Below, one piece after another: positions 9,860 to 20,526 of a DNA stretch of 55,364 nucleotides (the stretch's first letter is position 1; the number at the start of each line of letters is the position of its first letter). The stretch lies in IMG/VR virus record IMGVR_UViG_3300032073_000039, positions 1-55,364 of that record; one strand, given 5' to 3'. The notes below the pieces were generated by a model that saw nothing but the letters and a program-made list of their open reading frames with translations, was not told the DNA's origin and did not search any database. Source of the stretch: a virus. Lineage: Duplodnaviria; Caudoviricetes. The position numbers were made by a program, and so were the translations under genes.

Positions 9860-10885
9860 TTATGACCAGTATGGTTCAACTTTTTTCATTATTGAATTTA
9901 AAGTTTCTTCATGTTCTGGGTTTTTTAAAAATGTTAAAACTTCCGCTGGTCTTTTTCCTAATTTTATTGCACTATCAAGTGTTTCAATCCATCCACTTTG
10001 TTTTGGTGTAATAAATCTATAAAACATTGCATCTTTTATAAGGGCTCTTATTTTTAAATCTTCCATGTCTGATTTACAGGCTTCTAAAAAAGATTCTGCA
10101 CATCTCTTTTTATTTGATTCACCACCTTCACCGTTTATAAATAAATCCATATTTTCATATAAAACATCTACCGGAGTACCTTTAGTGTATTGTGTGCTAT
10201 CAATATCAACAACTTTAGCAACATAAAATAATTTATTATTATTTTTTTCATATAAATTTTCAAGTTTAGATAATGCTTTATTTCTTAACTTTTTATATTC
10301 AGTTCTTGTTGATACTGTTTCTTCTAATTGATCAAGATAAAACTTCTGTGGATTTGGACTTTTTTGTAAATCTTTAAATGATTTTGCAACAATTGAAAAA
10401 CCACCTGCTTTTATTGCATAAAGTTTAATTAAATCATAAGGATCTTTAACAGGATCTAAAAATACAGGTTCATTACCACATCTAATACTAATCTTAGACC
10501 AAAACTTATGATTATCAGGTTTTAATAATGTAAGCTTATTCCAAAATTCTTTATCTTCAGGATCAACTATATTAGCTGCTAATTCTGCTTCTAATTGTGA
10601 AACAGCTTTTCTAATTGCTTTTATAGCTATTTCTTTTTCACCTGGAGGTAGTAATTTAATTTCAGGAGCAAATTCATTTAGACCAGTTACGTATCTTTTT
10701 ACTCCATTCATTTCTAAACATGCTAAATTCTCTTCATGCCATACTCCATCATGCAAAGCCATTCCATAATTTTCTAATCCCATATTTTGTTTATCAGAAT
10801 TAAAATAAGGACGTATTGCTAAGGTACTGTCTTTTCCTTGCTGGTATTTTTCTACTATTGTGTAATCTTCTATTGTGCTTTTCAT
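9860..10885 (-). CDS. Conserved crAss-like protein downstream of MCP
   Basis: 341 aa; synteny after the capsid gene. Confidence 0.55.
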   Translation of the reverse strand: MKSTIEDYTIVEKYQQGKDSTLAIRPYFNSDKQNMGLENYGMALHDGVWHEENLACLEMNGVKRYVTGLNEFAPEIKLLPPGEKEIAIKAIRKAVSQLEAELAANIVDPEDKEFWNKLTLLKPDNHKFWSKISIRCGNEPVFLDPVKDPYDLIKLYAIKAGGFSIVAKSFKDLQKSPNPQKFYLDQLEETVSTRTEYKKLRNKALSKLENLYEKNNNKLFYVAKVVDIDSTQYTKGTPVDVLYENMDLFINGEGGESNKKRCAESFLEACKSDMEDLKIRALIKDAMFYRFITPKQSGWIETLDSAIKLGKRPAEVLTFLKNPEHEETLNSIMKKVEPYWS

Positions 10886-10922
10886 TTTTATTTGGTTTTT
10901 AAATTATTAATTTAACTCAAAA

Positions 10923-10938
10923 GTACATAATTATGTAC
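10923..10938. promoter_or_regulatory. Perfect 16-bp palindrome GTACATAATTATGTAC
   Basis: Seen directly in the intergenic region upstream of 9860..10885; a hairpin follows at 10959-10984. Confidence 0.5.
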
Positions 10939-10999
10939 ATTTATTATATTAATATTTCTATTAGTAAGTTTTACCTTACTAATAAGTTATTTGAGTTAA

Positions 11000-12097
11000 C
11001 TATTTGGGTTCCTCTGAATTTTCTTGCATAACTTGATCAAAAGTAACATATGTTTGAAAAATAGTAGACATAGCTGCTTCAAGTGCCGCTTCATTCAATC
11101 CTATTTTGTTATAATAGACCGCTGAATAATTTACAACACAGTCTCTAATATCGGCTGCTTTACTTTCTAATTCTTCAGCAGCAACTTTAAGTTGACTAAC
11201 CGCATCTTGTCTTGATTGAATTCTATTATCAAGAGAATCTAACTGCTGCTGTAACTCAGCAGATCTAGCTTCATAAACTTCAAGTAATTTATTTAGAGCA
11301 TCTATCTCAAGTTGCAAACTTGCTAGTTCTCGTTGATATTCATCTATACTTGCTTGTACACTCGCAATGTCATTTCTTAAACCTTCAGCTTCTTTAATTG
11401 CTTGTTGACAGTCTTCATTTGGTTCAGCTTGTTCTGCACAACCAAGTTTTTCTTGTAAAGATTTGTTTTCATCTAAAGCTTTATTCAGACTAACTAATTC
11501 TTCAGAGGCAGTTTGCAAACTTTCTGATACAGATTGATAATCACTCTCTTTATCTTTCAATTCTGACTTTGTATCGGCTACCTGATTCACACTTTGTTTA
11601 TAATCATCAGTTACACTATCCCTTTCTTTTTCAAGAGGAGGTAGTGAATTTTCTAAACTTTTCTGTTCAACTTTAGCGTCAGAAGATTGAACCAACGCTA
11701 GACCAAACGCATATAGCTCTGGTCCTATTGTAACTTCATGATTTGAGCTAATAATTAAAGCAGGTCCTTCAAAACCTTCAGTACCACATAAGTCAGCATT
11801 TGGAGATCTTAAAGTTTCTAAGCACTCATTTTCTTCACTGCAAAATACAGGAATACCAATGACATACTTAAAACCAACGCTTGCACCATGTGCTATTGCT
11901 TGATCTACTGAAACGTAAGTTGGAACATTCATTGCTCCACCACCAACGTTATTCACATTTATTAAATTTGCAGGTGCATATTGACCTTTCGGTTTATTAC
12001 TGAAAGTTCCTATTCCTGGATTTCCTTGATTTATGGCTTTTTTTCCTGTTAGATATTTATAAGCCGGTCCTCTGTTATATTTTGGATTTTTTGGCAT
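11000..12097 (-). CDS. Long coiled-coil protein inserted after MCP (possible head fibre/decoration)
   Basis: About 180 aa of heptad-rich E/Q/K/L/S sequence; basic N-terminal arm. Confidence 0.6.
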   Translation of the reverse strand: MPKNPKYNRGPAYKYLTGKKAINQGNPGIGTFSNKPKGQYAPANLINVNNVGGGAMNVPTYVSVDQAIAHGASVGFKYVIGIPVFCSEENECLETLRSPNADLCGTEGFEGPALIISSNHEVTIGPELYAFGLALVQSSDAKVEQKSLENSLPPLEKERDSVTDDYKQSVNQVADTKSELKDKESDYQSVSESLQTASEELVSLNKALDENKSLQEKLGCAEQAEPNEDCQQAIKEAEGLRNDIASVQASIDEYQRELASLQLEIDALNKLLEVYEARSAELQQQLDSLDNRIQSRQDAVSQLKVAAEELESKAADIRDCVVNYSAVYYNKIGLNEAALEAAMSTIFQTYVTFDQVMQENSEEPK

Positions 12098-12121
12098 AGT
12101 TTCTAAGTTTTAAATATTAAT

Positions 12122-12149
12122 AAAAAAAAGGGGAGAAGTTAATCTCCCC
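12122..12149 (-). terminator. Terminator after MCP
   Basis: ggggaga/tctcccc stem with U8 tract on the minus strand. Confidence 0.8.
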
Positions 12150-12163
12150 CTAATTAAGATTTG

Positions 12164-13783
12164 TTAGAATGATCCTCCAGTAACTGGATTTCTCATTACA
12201 ATTTTTAAAACCTTAGTTGGATCTTTCACCCATATAGCAGGCATGGTTTGTGTCATCATAACACGGTATCCATTAAAGTTGCCTGATGATGCAAATCCTT
12301 GAGTTCTTCCCATGTAGTCCATAGTACCATTTTGGTAGAACCATTTCAATGCATTATCCCATGATAACTTCAATAAGAAAATGTTGTCATTTCCTTCATC
12401 GGTTACATCAAAAATGATAAAGCTAAATGAGCTTAATGGTCTTCCATCAATTAATGGATTCTCAATATCATTTGTATGTAAGTTATCAAAAGCAGGGTTA
12501 AGTACAAACTTAACGTTAGCTAAGAAAGGAATAGTAAAGCTAGTATAAGCAAAACCAAAGTCTAAGTCCATTCCTTGCCCAGTAACTGCACCAATGTCAG
12601 TTGCATTCTGAGTTAAACCTGAACCGTATACTTCATTAGCAATAGCTTTATTAATCATTTGCATACCACCAATACCTGTTTGAACAACAAGTTTTCTCTG
12701 TGGGTCTGGACCTTTAAATTCAACTTTACCTTGGTAAAAGTTATAAAGTTCAGACTTAAACATATCAAGAGAAAAAGATGATTTGTTATATACTCTTTTA
12801 AATGAGTTATCAAGCTGTGACCAAAGACCAACAGATAATCTGATATCATCTGGACCATCTTGCTTAATTCTACCACCTTTACCCCACATAAGGTAAGTCT
12901 CAATATCATTTGCAATTTTAGATAAATGAGCTGCTTCCATGTTTGTTAAGAATGTACGTGTTAACGTTCCATTTTCAAACGCATCTCTAGCACCTGATTT
13001 ACCCATGCTTCCTACTAAATCTTCAATTGAAGATACAGAAGGATTATTAGGATCTTGGTCAAAATTTCTCCAGATCTCTGTTACAGGAACAGTACCATCT
13101 GCATTCATTCCACCTTTAATCATTAGATCAGCTCTAGAAGAAATTGAATAATGTACGTGAGCTTCAGCACCACCAACATAGTTATAGAATTCTCTGAATC
13201 CAGAACCTGTTTCAATGTCACTAAATCTTTCACCATACTCACCTCTTGCAGAACCTTTTCTAAAGTATTTAGTTCCTTCTTTTAAGTATAAAGATGCATC
13301 TAAAGTAGCTGCACTATTATTGTTTACTAACTGTACAGTATATACCCATCCGTCACCAGCTTGGATAATATCATCAGCAGTAATATACAATTCTAATCCA
13401 TTGTATTTGTCATAGGTGATAATATCACCATGACCAAATGCTCTTTTAGATAATTTAATTTTAAATGTTGTACCATCTATACCAAGATTTTCTGATCCTT
13501 CAATGTTACAAACTACGAATGGTAAATCTTGAGCAACAGGTGTCTGCCATTTGTATTCACCTCTTGCATTATCTACCAAAATTGTATTCTTTCCACCAAA
13601 TGAAGCCATTTGATATAGAGGCATTTCAACTTTTTGAGTCATTGCCCATAAATCAACAGGTCCCATGTCCATAGGCTCGGCAGAACCAAGCATATTAGTC
13701 AAGTGATAAGAATCAACATGAGAACTAGCTTTGTAACTAGTGTCTCTTAGGAATATTCCATTATTTAAAACTGGAGTTGCCAT
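12164..13783 (-). CDS. Major capsid protein (crAss-like)
   Basis: 539 aa; follows scaffold and portal; strong terminator; highly-expressed codon bias; C-terminal WVKDPTK motif. Confidence 0.85.
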   Translation of the reverse strand: MATPVLNNGIFLRDTSYKASSHVDSYHLTNMLGSAEPMDMGPVDLWAMTQKVEMPLYQMASFGGKNTILVDNARGEYKWQTPVAQDLPFVVCNIEGSENLGIDGTTFKIKLSKRAFGHGDIITYDKYNGLELYITADDIIQAGDGWVYTVQLVNNNSAATLDASLYLKEGTKYFRKGSARGEYGERFSDIETGSGFREFYNYVGGAEAHVHYSISSRADLMIKGGMNADGTVPVTEIWRNFDQDPNNPSVSSIEDLVGSMGKSGARDAFENGTLTRTFLTNMEAAHLSKIANDIETYLMWGKGGRIKQDGPDDIRLSVGLWSQLDNSFKRVYNKSSFSLDMFKSELYNFYQGKVEFKGPDPQRKLVVQTGIGGMQMINKAIANEVYGSGLTQNATDIGAVTGQGMDLDFGFAYTSFTIPFLANVKFVLNPAFDNLHTNDIENPLIDGRPLSSFSFIIFDVTDEGNDNIFLLKLSWDNALKWFYQNGTMDYMGRTQGFASSGNFNGYRVMMTQTMPAIWVKDPTKVLKIVMRNPVTGGSF

Positions 13784-13838
13784 AATTGATTGTTTTTAGT
13801 TATTAATTGTTTATTTGTTGTTTATATTTAATTGTTAA

Positions 13839-15122
13839 TTAAATGCGTTTAAATATGTTTGTTGCTCTTGGTATCTTTCTTTTAGATGACTTAGAATTTT
13901 TTTCTTCTTGTTGAACACCTAAAGAATTTCCACCAGTATTTGACTGTTCTGTTTTTAGTTTACGTACAGTTTTTTCTACAGCTCCTTGTGCACCTTTTTC
14001 CATAACCTTTGCCTTATATCCATTAGGATCAGACAATAACCATAGTGCTTCTGATATCAATGTGTAATTTGGTTCTACAAATTGATATTTTTCTAACAGG
14101 TGACCTAATAAGTTAGTGTTTTTTCCACTTACTGATGGATATGATGGTTGAACTAAACCGTTATATAACATAGACTGTGTTTTTTTATCTAGTTTAATTT
14201 CACCTAATGTTCCTTCTTTTAAAGTTTCATAAACACTATGCATGTATTGTTTAGATGCGTTTTCTTGTTGTGCTTTTCTCATTTCTTGTTCTTGCAATTT
14301 TCTAGCAACAACCTTTTCTTGCATCTTATCTAACTTAGGTTTAAACTTTGAAGCTTGTTTTTCAAGATTTCCTAAATCAGCCCAAACTTCAATTTCTTCT
14401 CTAATTTCTTCATCATTCCCAAAGCCTGTAGCTTTTAGATATTCTGTAATAATTTTTACTTGATCTCTTTCACTTTTAACATCTAATGCTCTGCTTTCTT
14501 CAACACTTGCTAAAGTTGCAAATAGACCTTTCATATCCTGACCTCCATCAGCAACATATCTTGCTGCTATCTGTAATTCAGTTGGTAAACTTTCAAAGAA
14601 CTGTCTTGGAGTTTCATTTCTAACTTGATTTGCTTTTTCTTCCAGGTTAGCTTCTATCAACTCCTCAAAATCTTTTGCTGAGTATTCTTCAAGAGGTTTG
14701 TCATCATCAAAAGGAACAATTTTATCCTCTTTTATTAATTTAGAAAAAACATCAGATATTCCACTAATTGTTTTTCTACCTCTTTTAGGTTTATCCTCTT
14801 TTTCTTCTTTAGGCTCCTCATTTAATGCTTCAAATACTTCATTTACTGCTTCAGCAGTTTCAGTTTTTGATTCTTTTACATCTTCAGCAGCTTCTGTAAC
14901 ATCTGTAACTTCTTCAGATACTACTTTAGTTTCTTCTTTGGTTTCTTCTGTAGTAGGTTCAGTAAATGAAAAATCTACTTTATCCTGTCTGGTAAACATA
15001 TTTGGTTTTTTTTCAGATTCATCTGGTACCGTTATGCTACTAGCATCTGCTCCAAATATCTCATCAATATCAATGTTTACTGTTTCTACTTTTGTATCCA
15101 CGGTTGCGTTTTCTGTACTCAT
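13839..15122 (-). CDS. Probable capsid scaffold protein
   Basis: Acidic disordered N-terminus, helical body, basic C-tail; located between portal and MCP. Confidence 0.65.
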   Translation of the reverse strand: MSTENATVDTKVETVNIDIDEIFGADASSITVPDESEKKPNMFTRQDKVDFSFTEPTTEETKEETKVVSEEVTDVTEAAEDVKESKTETAEAVNEVFEALNEEPKEEKEDKPKRGRKTISGISDVFSKLIKEDKIVPFDDDKPLEEYSAKDFEELIEANLEEKANQVRNETPRQFFESLPTELQIAARYVADGGQDMKGLFATLASVEESRALDVKSERDQVKIITEYLKATGFGNDEEIREEIEVWADLGNLEKQASKFKPKLDKMQEKVVARKLQEQEMRKAQQENASKQYMHSVYETLKEGTLGEIKLDKKTQSMLYNGLVQPSYPSVSGKNTNLLGHLLEKYQFVEPNYTLISEALWLLSDPNGYKAKVMEKGAQGAVEKTVRKLKTEQSNTGGNSLGVQQEEKNSKSSKRKIPRATNIFKRI

Positions 15123-15250
15123 AATATTTAGTTGGTTTTATTATTAAACAATGTTTACATATACAATATAAAAAATCTTTTCTAAATTAAACTTATTTAA
15201 TTTTAATTAAAAAATCTTTTTGTGCAGTATATAGCTATAATTCTAAAGGG

Positions 15251-18010
15251 TTATTTCTTTTTGTCTTTTTTATCCTTTGGAACATCATATTTATTTTTAT
15301 TTTCTCTTGCTATTTCTAAGTTTTTATTAGCTACATCTCTTTGTGCTAAAATCTTTTCTCTTTCAATTTGCATTTTATCTTTATCTAAAGAACTTTTTAT
15401 AGCAAACTGATCTCTTTTCATATTCATTTGATCTTGATACTGTTCACTTTTTTGAATTTTTTCAAGACTATCCATATAATCAGACTGTTTATTTTCATTA
15501 ATATCTTGCATTGCTCCATATCCAGCAGATCTAATTTCTGCAACAGTTATTTTATTTTGTCTTTCTTTATCAGCTTCCTGTTGTTGCATTTGAAGTTTCA
15601 TTTGCTCTTCTTGCTGTTTAGCTTGAATTTGCTGTTGTTGCATTTGCTCTTGTTGTTGCATTTGCTGCTGCCTTTGCATTTCTTGCTTCATTTCAGCATC
15701 TTTAAGAATATCACTAACTTCAGCTATTGACTCTGCTTTTATAATATTACCTAGATCATAAATACTAGCACCTGTTGTATTATTTGTAAGTGCCATTTGT
15801 TTTAATTGATCTAAAATAGCTCTATGATTTGTTCTAGTTGTTGCAAATACATTAAAATCTCTAAGTAGTAAGTCTGTACCATTTATAGTAAAGTTTACTT
15901 TTTCAGCTTCAGAAGATATATATTGTAATCTTACACTTGGATTAGTGCTATAATAAAATTGTGCTAGATCTGTTCTCATCTGGTGAACTCTAGGCATTAG
16001 ATTATCTGAGTGATTATTAAAATAAGTCTCTGTTTGTGCATATGATTGATTCATTGCTTGAACAACTCCTGTAGCCGTTTGCTGTGCTACAGGTGCTCCA
16101 AGTCTTTGTGGATTTACACCTATTGCATCAAAAGCTTGTTGTTTAAAGTAATTAGCAAGTTGTATTCTTGACATTAATCTACCACTCTGCTCCATATTAA
16201 GAGTTTGATAGTGATTAAAATTAGTAGCGTTTTCTGTATTGGTAATAGAAGTATCTAAAGGTAGCATTTGGAAGTCTTTCATTGCTACATAAGCTTTAGC
16301 ATAATTTGATTTACCCCAATCTTCACCCATTGAATGACGTGGTAAAGCATTTTGATCAAACATGATTACTGTACCTAATTCATCAACTAATATGTCAGCT
16401 ATTTGATTATTTACCATATTGTATCCAACTTGATAAGCTTTCATTAAATCAACTAATGATGTTGATTTAGTATTTCTATCTGAAAACACTCTACCTTCTA
16501 CAGGTAATTTGCAACCGTATAAGTTATTATCTCCTTTAAATTGGAAAGGAACTCTTCCTGGTACTGTTCTATTAATTCCTACATATATAGGATTTACATT
16601 GTCTCCTACATTTGTTCTCCAAAACCCAGGTAAATTTGGACCAATCTTTACACCACCCCACACTTCATTTATCCAAATCCAATCAATATGTTCTCCTTGT
16701 AATAAATTTTCCTTCTTTTTATTTTTAAATATTGATGTGTCATAAACAGGCTTTTCTGTCACCTTATAAGTTTCATCTATAATTTCTTGTATGATTTCTC
16801 CATCTTCTTTAATTCTTGTAAGATGTCCTACTTTTCTTTGAGTTTTCCAATATACTGTTGTAACTCTCATTAGTTCTCCATCACCCCATGTTCCAACATC
16901 TTGACCTTCATCTAATATTTGATTTAGTATATCACCACCTCTTGCTGGATCATTTGACCAATTACTTACATATTGTCTATAAGGTAATCCAGGCATATTA
17001 GTATTCCATTCATGAGATTTAGAAGGATCATAATATGTACCATCATTTTGATATCCATTTACTTGATACATTGCTGATTTAGCAGGATAAATCTTCTGTA
17101 AAGACTTTAATTGCTTTTCATCCATTAAGTATCCATATTTATCTATGACATCCGCTACAGTCATTAAATCAACTTTACCTACATAGTTACCATCAGCAAT
17201 ATATCTTACATCTGGTGATTTTTGATAAAATGTTAATACAGGATTCCATAATTCAATATCATAGTCATCTTCCATCATTTTAAAATGCCAAAACTCTCTA
17301 TCAGTAATAAGCATATCACGGAATGCTCTTTCTTCAAGTTCATGCATTTTGAATCTTTCTTCATCAACATTTAATTGATGAGACGCCCACTCTTCAACCA
17401 TACTTCTATAGTCTTTACTAAAAAAGTCTTCTATTTCTGGTAATGATTTAATTTTATCAGGGCTAAGTTCTTGTTGTGCTTGCTCAGATTCTAAAGAAAC
17501 ACCCATCTGAAGCATTTTAGCAACAATCTTTGCTGATGCATCTGCCAATAAATTTTCTTCAACCATGGCTCTTTTCTGCTCTAGCATTTCATTATATGAT
17601 AAATCATCAACAGCTCTAAACTGAACTTTTGTAAATCTTTTAGAAAATTCACCACATAATACATTTACAACGTTAGGTATAATAGGATAGAATTTTAATT
17701 CTAATGCTGATTCATCTTCTTTAGTAAGCACATCCATTAAATTGGACATTTCATTTGCTTCATCAATTATATAATCTGATTTATCAATTATACCTTTTGC
17801 TAATTTGTAATTTTTTAAAAGTTTTCTGGCATTAAGTTTTAAAAACTCCATTCCTTGTAGTTCAAGCCAATCTATATTCCAAGCTGCCCAATCTGCATTT
17901 TTCTTCTTACTAGGTAAAAACTGTATGGGTTGTGTTAAGCTTGATGTAGTAGGGTAACCTTTCTCTGCTTTAGCACCACCTTTTAATTGCATTGCGTTTA
18001 ATACTTTCAT
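15251..18010 (-). CDS. Portal protein (crAss-like)
   Basis: 919 aa immediately after terminase; YPIIPNVVNVLCGE motif; Q-rich coiled-coil C-terminus. Confidence 0.85.
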   Translation of the reverse strand: MKVLNAMQLKGGAKAEKGYPTTSSLTQPIQFLPSKKKNADWAAWNIDWLELQGMEFLKLNARKLLKNYKLAKGIIDKSDYIIDEANEMSNLMDVLTKEDESALELKFYPIIPNVVNVLCGEFSKRFTKVQFRAVDDLSYNEMLEQKRAMVEENLLADASAKIVAKMLQMGVSLESEQAQQELSPDKIKSLPEIEDFFSKDYRSMVEEWASHQLNVDEERFKMHELEERAFRDMLITDREFWHFKMMEDDYDIELWNPVLTFYQKSPDVRYIADGNYVGKVDLMTVADVIDKYGYLMDEKQLKSLQKIYPAKSAMYQVNGYQNDGTYYDPSKSHEWNTNMPGLPYRQYVSNWSNDPARGGDILNQILDEGQDVGTWGDGELMRVTTVYWKTQRKVGHLTRIKEDGEIIQEIIDETYKVTEKPVYDTSIFKNKKKENLLQGEHIDWIWINEVWGGVKIGPNLPGFWRTNVGDNVNPIYVGINRTVPGRVPFQFKGDNNLYGCKLPVEGRVFSDRNTKSTSLVDLMKAYQVGYNMVNNQIADILVDELGTVIMFDQNALPRHSMGEDWGKSNYAKAYVAMKDFQMLPLDTSITNTENATNFNHYQTLNMEQSGRLMSRIQLANYFKQQAFDAIGVNPQRLGAPVAQQTATGVVQAMNQSYAQTETYFNNHSDNLMPRVHQMRTDLAQFYYSTNPSVRLQYISSEAEKVNFTINGTDLLLRDFNVFATTRTNHRAILDQLKQMALTNNTTGASIYDLGNIIKAESIAEVSDILKDAEMKQEMQRQQQMQQQEQMQQQQIQAKQQEEQMKLQMQQQEADKERQNKITVAEIRSAGYGAMQDINENKQSDYMDSLEKIQKSEQYQDQMNMKRDQFAIKSSLDKDKMQIEREKILAQRDVANKNLEIARENKNKYDVPKDKKDKKK

Positions 18011-18012
18011 AA

Positions 18013-20196
18013 TTATCTTAAGTTTTTAAATCCAGATCTTTTAACTTTTTTGTGCGTACTTGTTTTACGTCCAAGGTTTTTAAAGGGACTATATTTTAAT
18101 TTATACAAATTTTGTGAATTTTCCAAAGAAATCTTAGTATCAGATTCTTTTCTTTTACTATATCCTCTATTTGCTTGTTGAATCTTTGAAAATGCAACTA
18201 ATGCAGAAAATGCAACCAATCTATCTACATTGACTCCAGGTTGATAAGCTAACATTTCTTTTAGTAACATTGGATCCGGTATTCTATCAATACCTAATAC
18301 TTTTTCTACGGTATCTCCATTATCATCCATTTTCTCATCAATCTCTTCTCTTAAAAATTCAATAGCATATGATATTAAATGACTCTTAAATAAAGTTCCT
18401 GTATTTTTCCAACCATATTCTTGAAACACATTAGAGTTAGATCCTAAATCTTTTAAAAATACCATTTGCTGTCTAGGAACTAAATACTTTTGTTTCTTTT
18501 TTGATATCATATAGTTTATAAAATGAGATATATTATTTTCCACAACGGTCCATGCGTTATACCATTCTATAATTTTTTCTAATTGCTCATGTGTCTTGTT
18601 GATATCATCATATCTACCACACCATGCAGCAACAATTTTATCTTTCTCTACAAATGTTTCTATTTCCCCATAACTTTCTTTAGTTACTTCAACTGGATTT
18701 TTATATACAAAAATACTACATAATGAATCAGATGTTGTAGTCTTACCTTCTGATACGGGGTCAATAGATGCATAATACATTGAAAACTCTGGATTTTTTA
18801 CAGGTCTTTCCCATACAACCAAGCATCCAGTTTTATCATGCATTTTTTTATCTACAGGAAATCTACTTATAGGTAGTTTATTAGTTCTTTTTGCTACTAT
18901 ACCCTTCTCATCTCTATCTAAAGTTAAATGTTCAAATGAGTATTCTTTTCTTTCTATTTTTTTTAATTGTTTAGATATAATTGCTTGTGGAAATATAGAT
19001 TCTTTTCTATATGCAAATGCTTCTGAAATATTTGTTGGCTTTTGAGATATTCTTAATTGATATTGTTCTGGAGTAAGTTCATTCTTCCATCTTTCCCTTT
19101 CAACACGTATAGCATCTAAAGCCTCTTCTATTTTGGAATTACCATAATCATCTATATAAGGTGGCATTGACCATTGCTCTGGTATAAAAAGCCCAGCATT
19201 TGCAATAGTCCCATCAGCATCCATAAGATCAGTTTCCACTTGATATATATCATTAGCTTTGGGATTTAATATCATTTCTTTTAGTGGATTACATTGATCT
19301 AAATCACCCACAGATCCGGCAGCTATAAAAACACCAGTAGTCATCATTCCTGAACTCATTGCTGGTCTAAGATATTCATAGGTATCCATCATTTTAGGTG
19401 CTATACCGGCTTCCTCATGGAAAAAGAGAGTTGTTGGACCACCAACACCAGTAGTTGCATTTTTTTCAAATGAAGCTCCTTGTATCTTTGATTTTAATCC
19501 TCTTGTTGTTTTTCTATTACCAACCCTTACTTCAATTTGTTGTTGCCATAATAAAACTTTTTCTGGATTACTTGGCCTATACCAAGCTGTATGCTCATTT
19601 AAAAAATCCCTATACTCATTTAAAAATTTCCATGAACCTTTATCATTTATATAATCTTTTAATGAAGCTCCTATCTTACAAACGCTACCTTCTTCAAACC
19701 AATACTGATTTATTATTTTAGCCATATGAAAATAAGATGATGCAATCTGTCTTTTCTTTAATATGGCACAATGTTTATTTTTAAGTTCTGCTAATATTTC
19801 ATATAATGCCATATGATATTGAGCATCTCTTACTTTTGCAAAACCATATTTTTTTTCTTCTTTGTCATAGATAGGTAAAAAGTTTAACCACATATAATAG
19901 TCTCTTGTCAAATACCATGTTACTTTACCATGTGTATATATGACTCCATTTATACATTTTTCTTTTTCTTTATTCCAGTACTTTAAAAAATCTTTTGATT
20001 TAAAAGGACTTGAGCAATAGTAACCATCTGTATTAAAGTTTCTAGCTTCTTGGTTAAACTTAAATGCGTAATCATCAAATTTATACTTTCCAGGTTCTTT
20101 GAATAAATCTAATAAAAAATCAACAAAGCTTTCGTCAGATTGAAATGTAGTATAATCCCATTCACCATCTTTATATGTTGGTATTTTTCTTATCAT
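18013..20196 (-). CDS. terL: Terminase large subunit
   Basis: Walker A variant LKKRQIASSY, Walker B FFHEEAG, RNase H-like nuclease motifs YASIDP, VENN, NVDRLVA. Confidence 0.9.
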   Translation of the reverse strand: MIRKIPTYKDGEWDYTTFQSDESFVDFLLDLFKEPGKYKFDDYAFKFNQEARNFNTDGYYCSSPFKSKDFLKYWNKEKEKCINGVIYTHGKVTWYLTRDYYMWLNFLPIYDKEEKKYGFAKVRDAQYHMALYEILAELKNKHCAILKKRQIASSYFHMAKIINQYWFEEGSVCKIGASLKDYINDKGSWKFLNEYRDFLNEHTAWYRPSNPEKVLLWQQQIEVRVGNRKTTRGLKSKIQGASFEKNATTGVGGPTTLFFHEEAGIAPKMMDTYEYLRPAMSSGMMTTGVFIAAGSVGDLDQCNPLKEMILNPKANDIYQVETDLMDADGTIANAGLFIPEQWSMPPYIDDYGNSKIEEALDAIRVERERWKNELTPEQYQLRISQKPTNISEAFAYRKESIFPQAIISKQLKKIERKEYSFEHLTLDRDEKGIVAKRTNKLPISRFPVDKKMHDKTGCLVVWERPVKNPEFSMYYASIDPVSEGKTTTSDSLCSIFVYKNPVEVTKESYGEIETFVEKDKIVAAWCGRYDDINKTHEQLEKIIEWYNAWTVVENNISHFINYMISKKKQKYLVPRQQMVFLKDLGSNSNVFQEYGWKNTGTLFKSHLISYAIEFLREEIDEKMDDNGDTVEKVLGIDRIPDPMLLKEMLAYQPGVNVDRLVAFSALVAFSKIQQANRGYSKRKESDTKISLENSQNLYKLKYSPFKNLGRKTSTHKKVKRSGFKNLR

Positions 20197-20459
20197 TCAT
20201 CTGATAATATTGCAAATATCATATCATTAGAAATAATAAAATGTTCTTCATCATTATGCTTCATTGGAATTAAATTAGCATTTTCTGAATACTTGACTGT
20301 ATCACCAATATTAATATGATTTACAGCATCTCCAACAGCTATTACATGTGCAATATGTTCTTTGTTAATTGTGGTTTTTACAATATTAGTTCCAGGAAAA
20401 TATTTACTTACTTCTTTTTCCTTTATTAATAACTTGTTCCCTATTGGTTTTACTTTCAT
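20193..20459 (-). CDS. groES: Co-chaperonin GroES-like
   Basis: MKVKPIGNKLLIK, VIAVGD, IGDTVKY, DMIFAI match the Cpn10 pattern. Confidence 0.8.
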   Translation of the reverse strand: MKVKPIGNKLLIKEKEVSKYFPGTNIVKTTINKEHIAHVIAVGDAVNHINIGDTVKYSENANLIPMKHNDEEHFIISNDMIFAILSDE

Positions 20460-20526
20460 TTTTTTTATTTTTTAAGGTTTCTAAATCTTCCCAGTATATA
20501 AATATATAGTCTCTATTATTTGACAT
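20404..20526 (-). CDS. Possible 40-aa micro-ORF (MSNNRDYIFIYWEDLETLK...)
   Basis: ATG overlaps the methyltransferase end; frame spans the gap into GroES. Confidence 0.3.
   Translation of the reverse strand: MSNNRDYIFIYWEDLETLKNKKNESKTNREQVINKGKRSK

Noticed and set aside
15575-15700. TGT/TGC-rich low-complexity repeats
   Set aside because: They encode the Gln-rich coiled-coil tail of the portal protein
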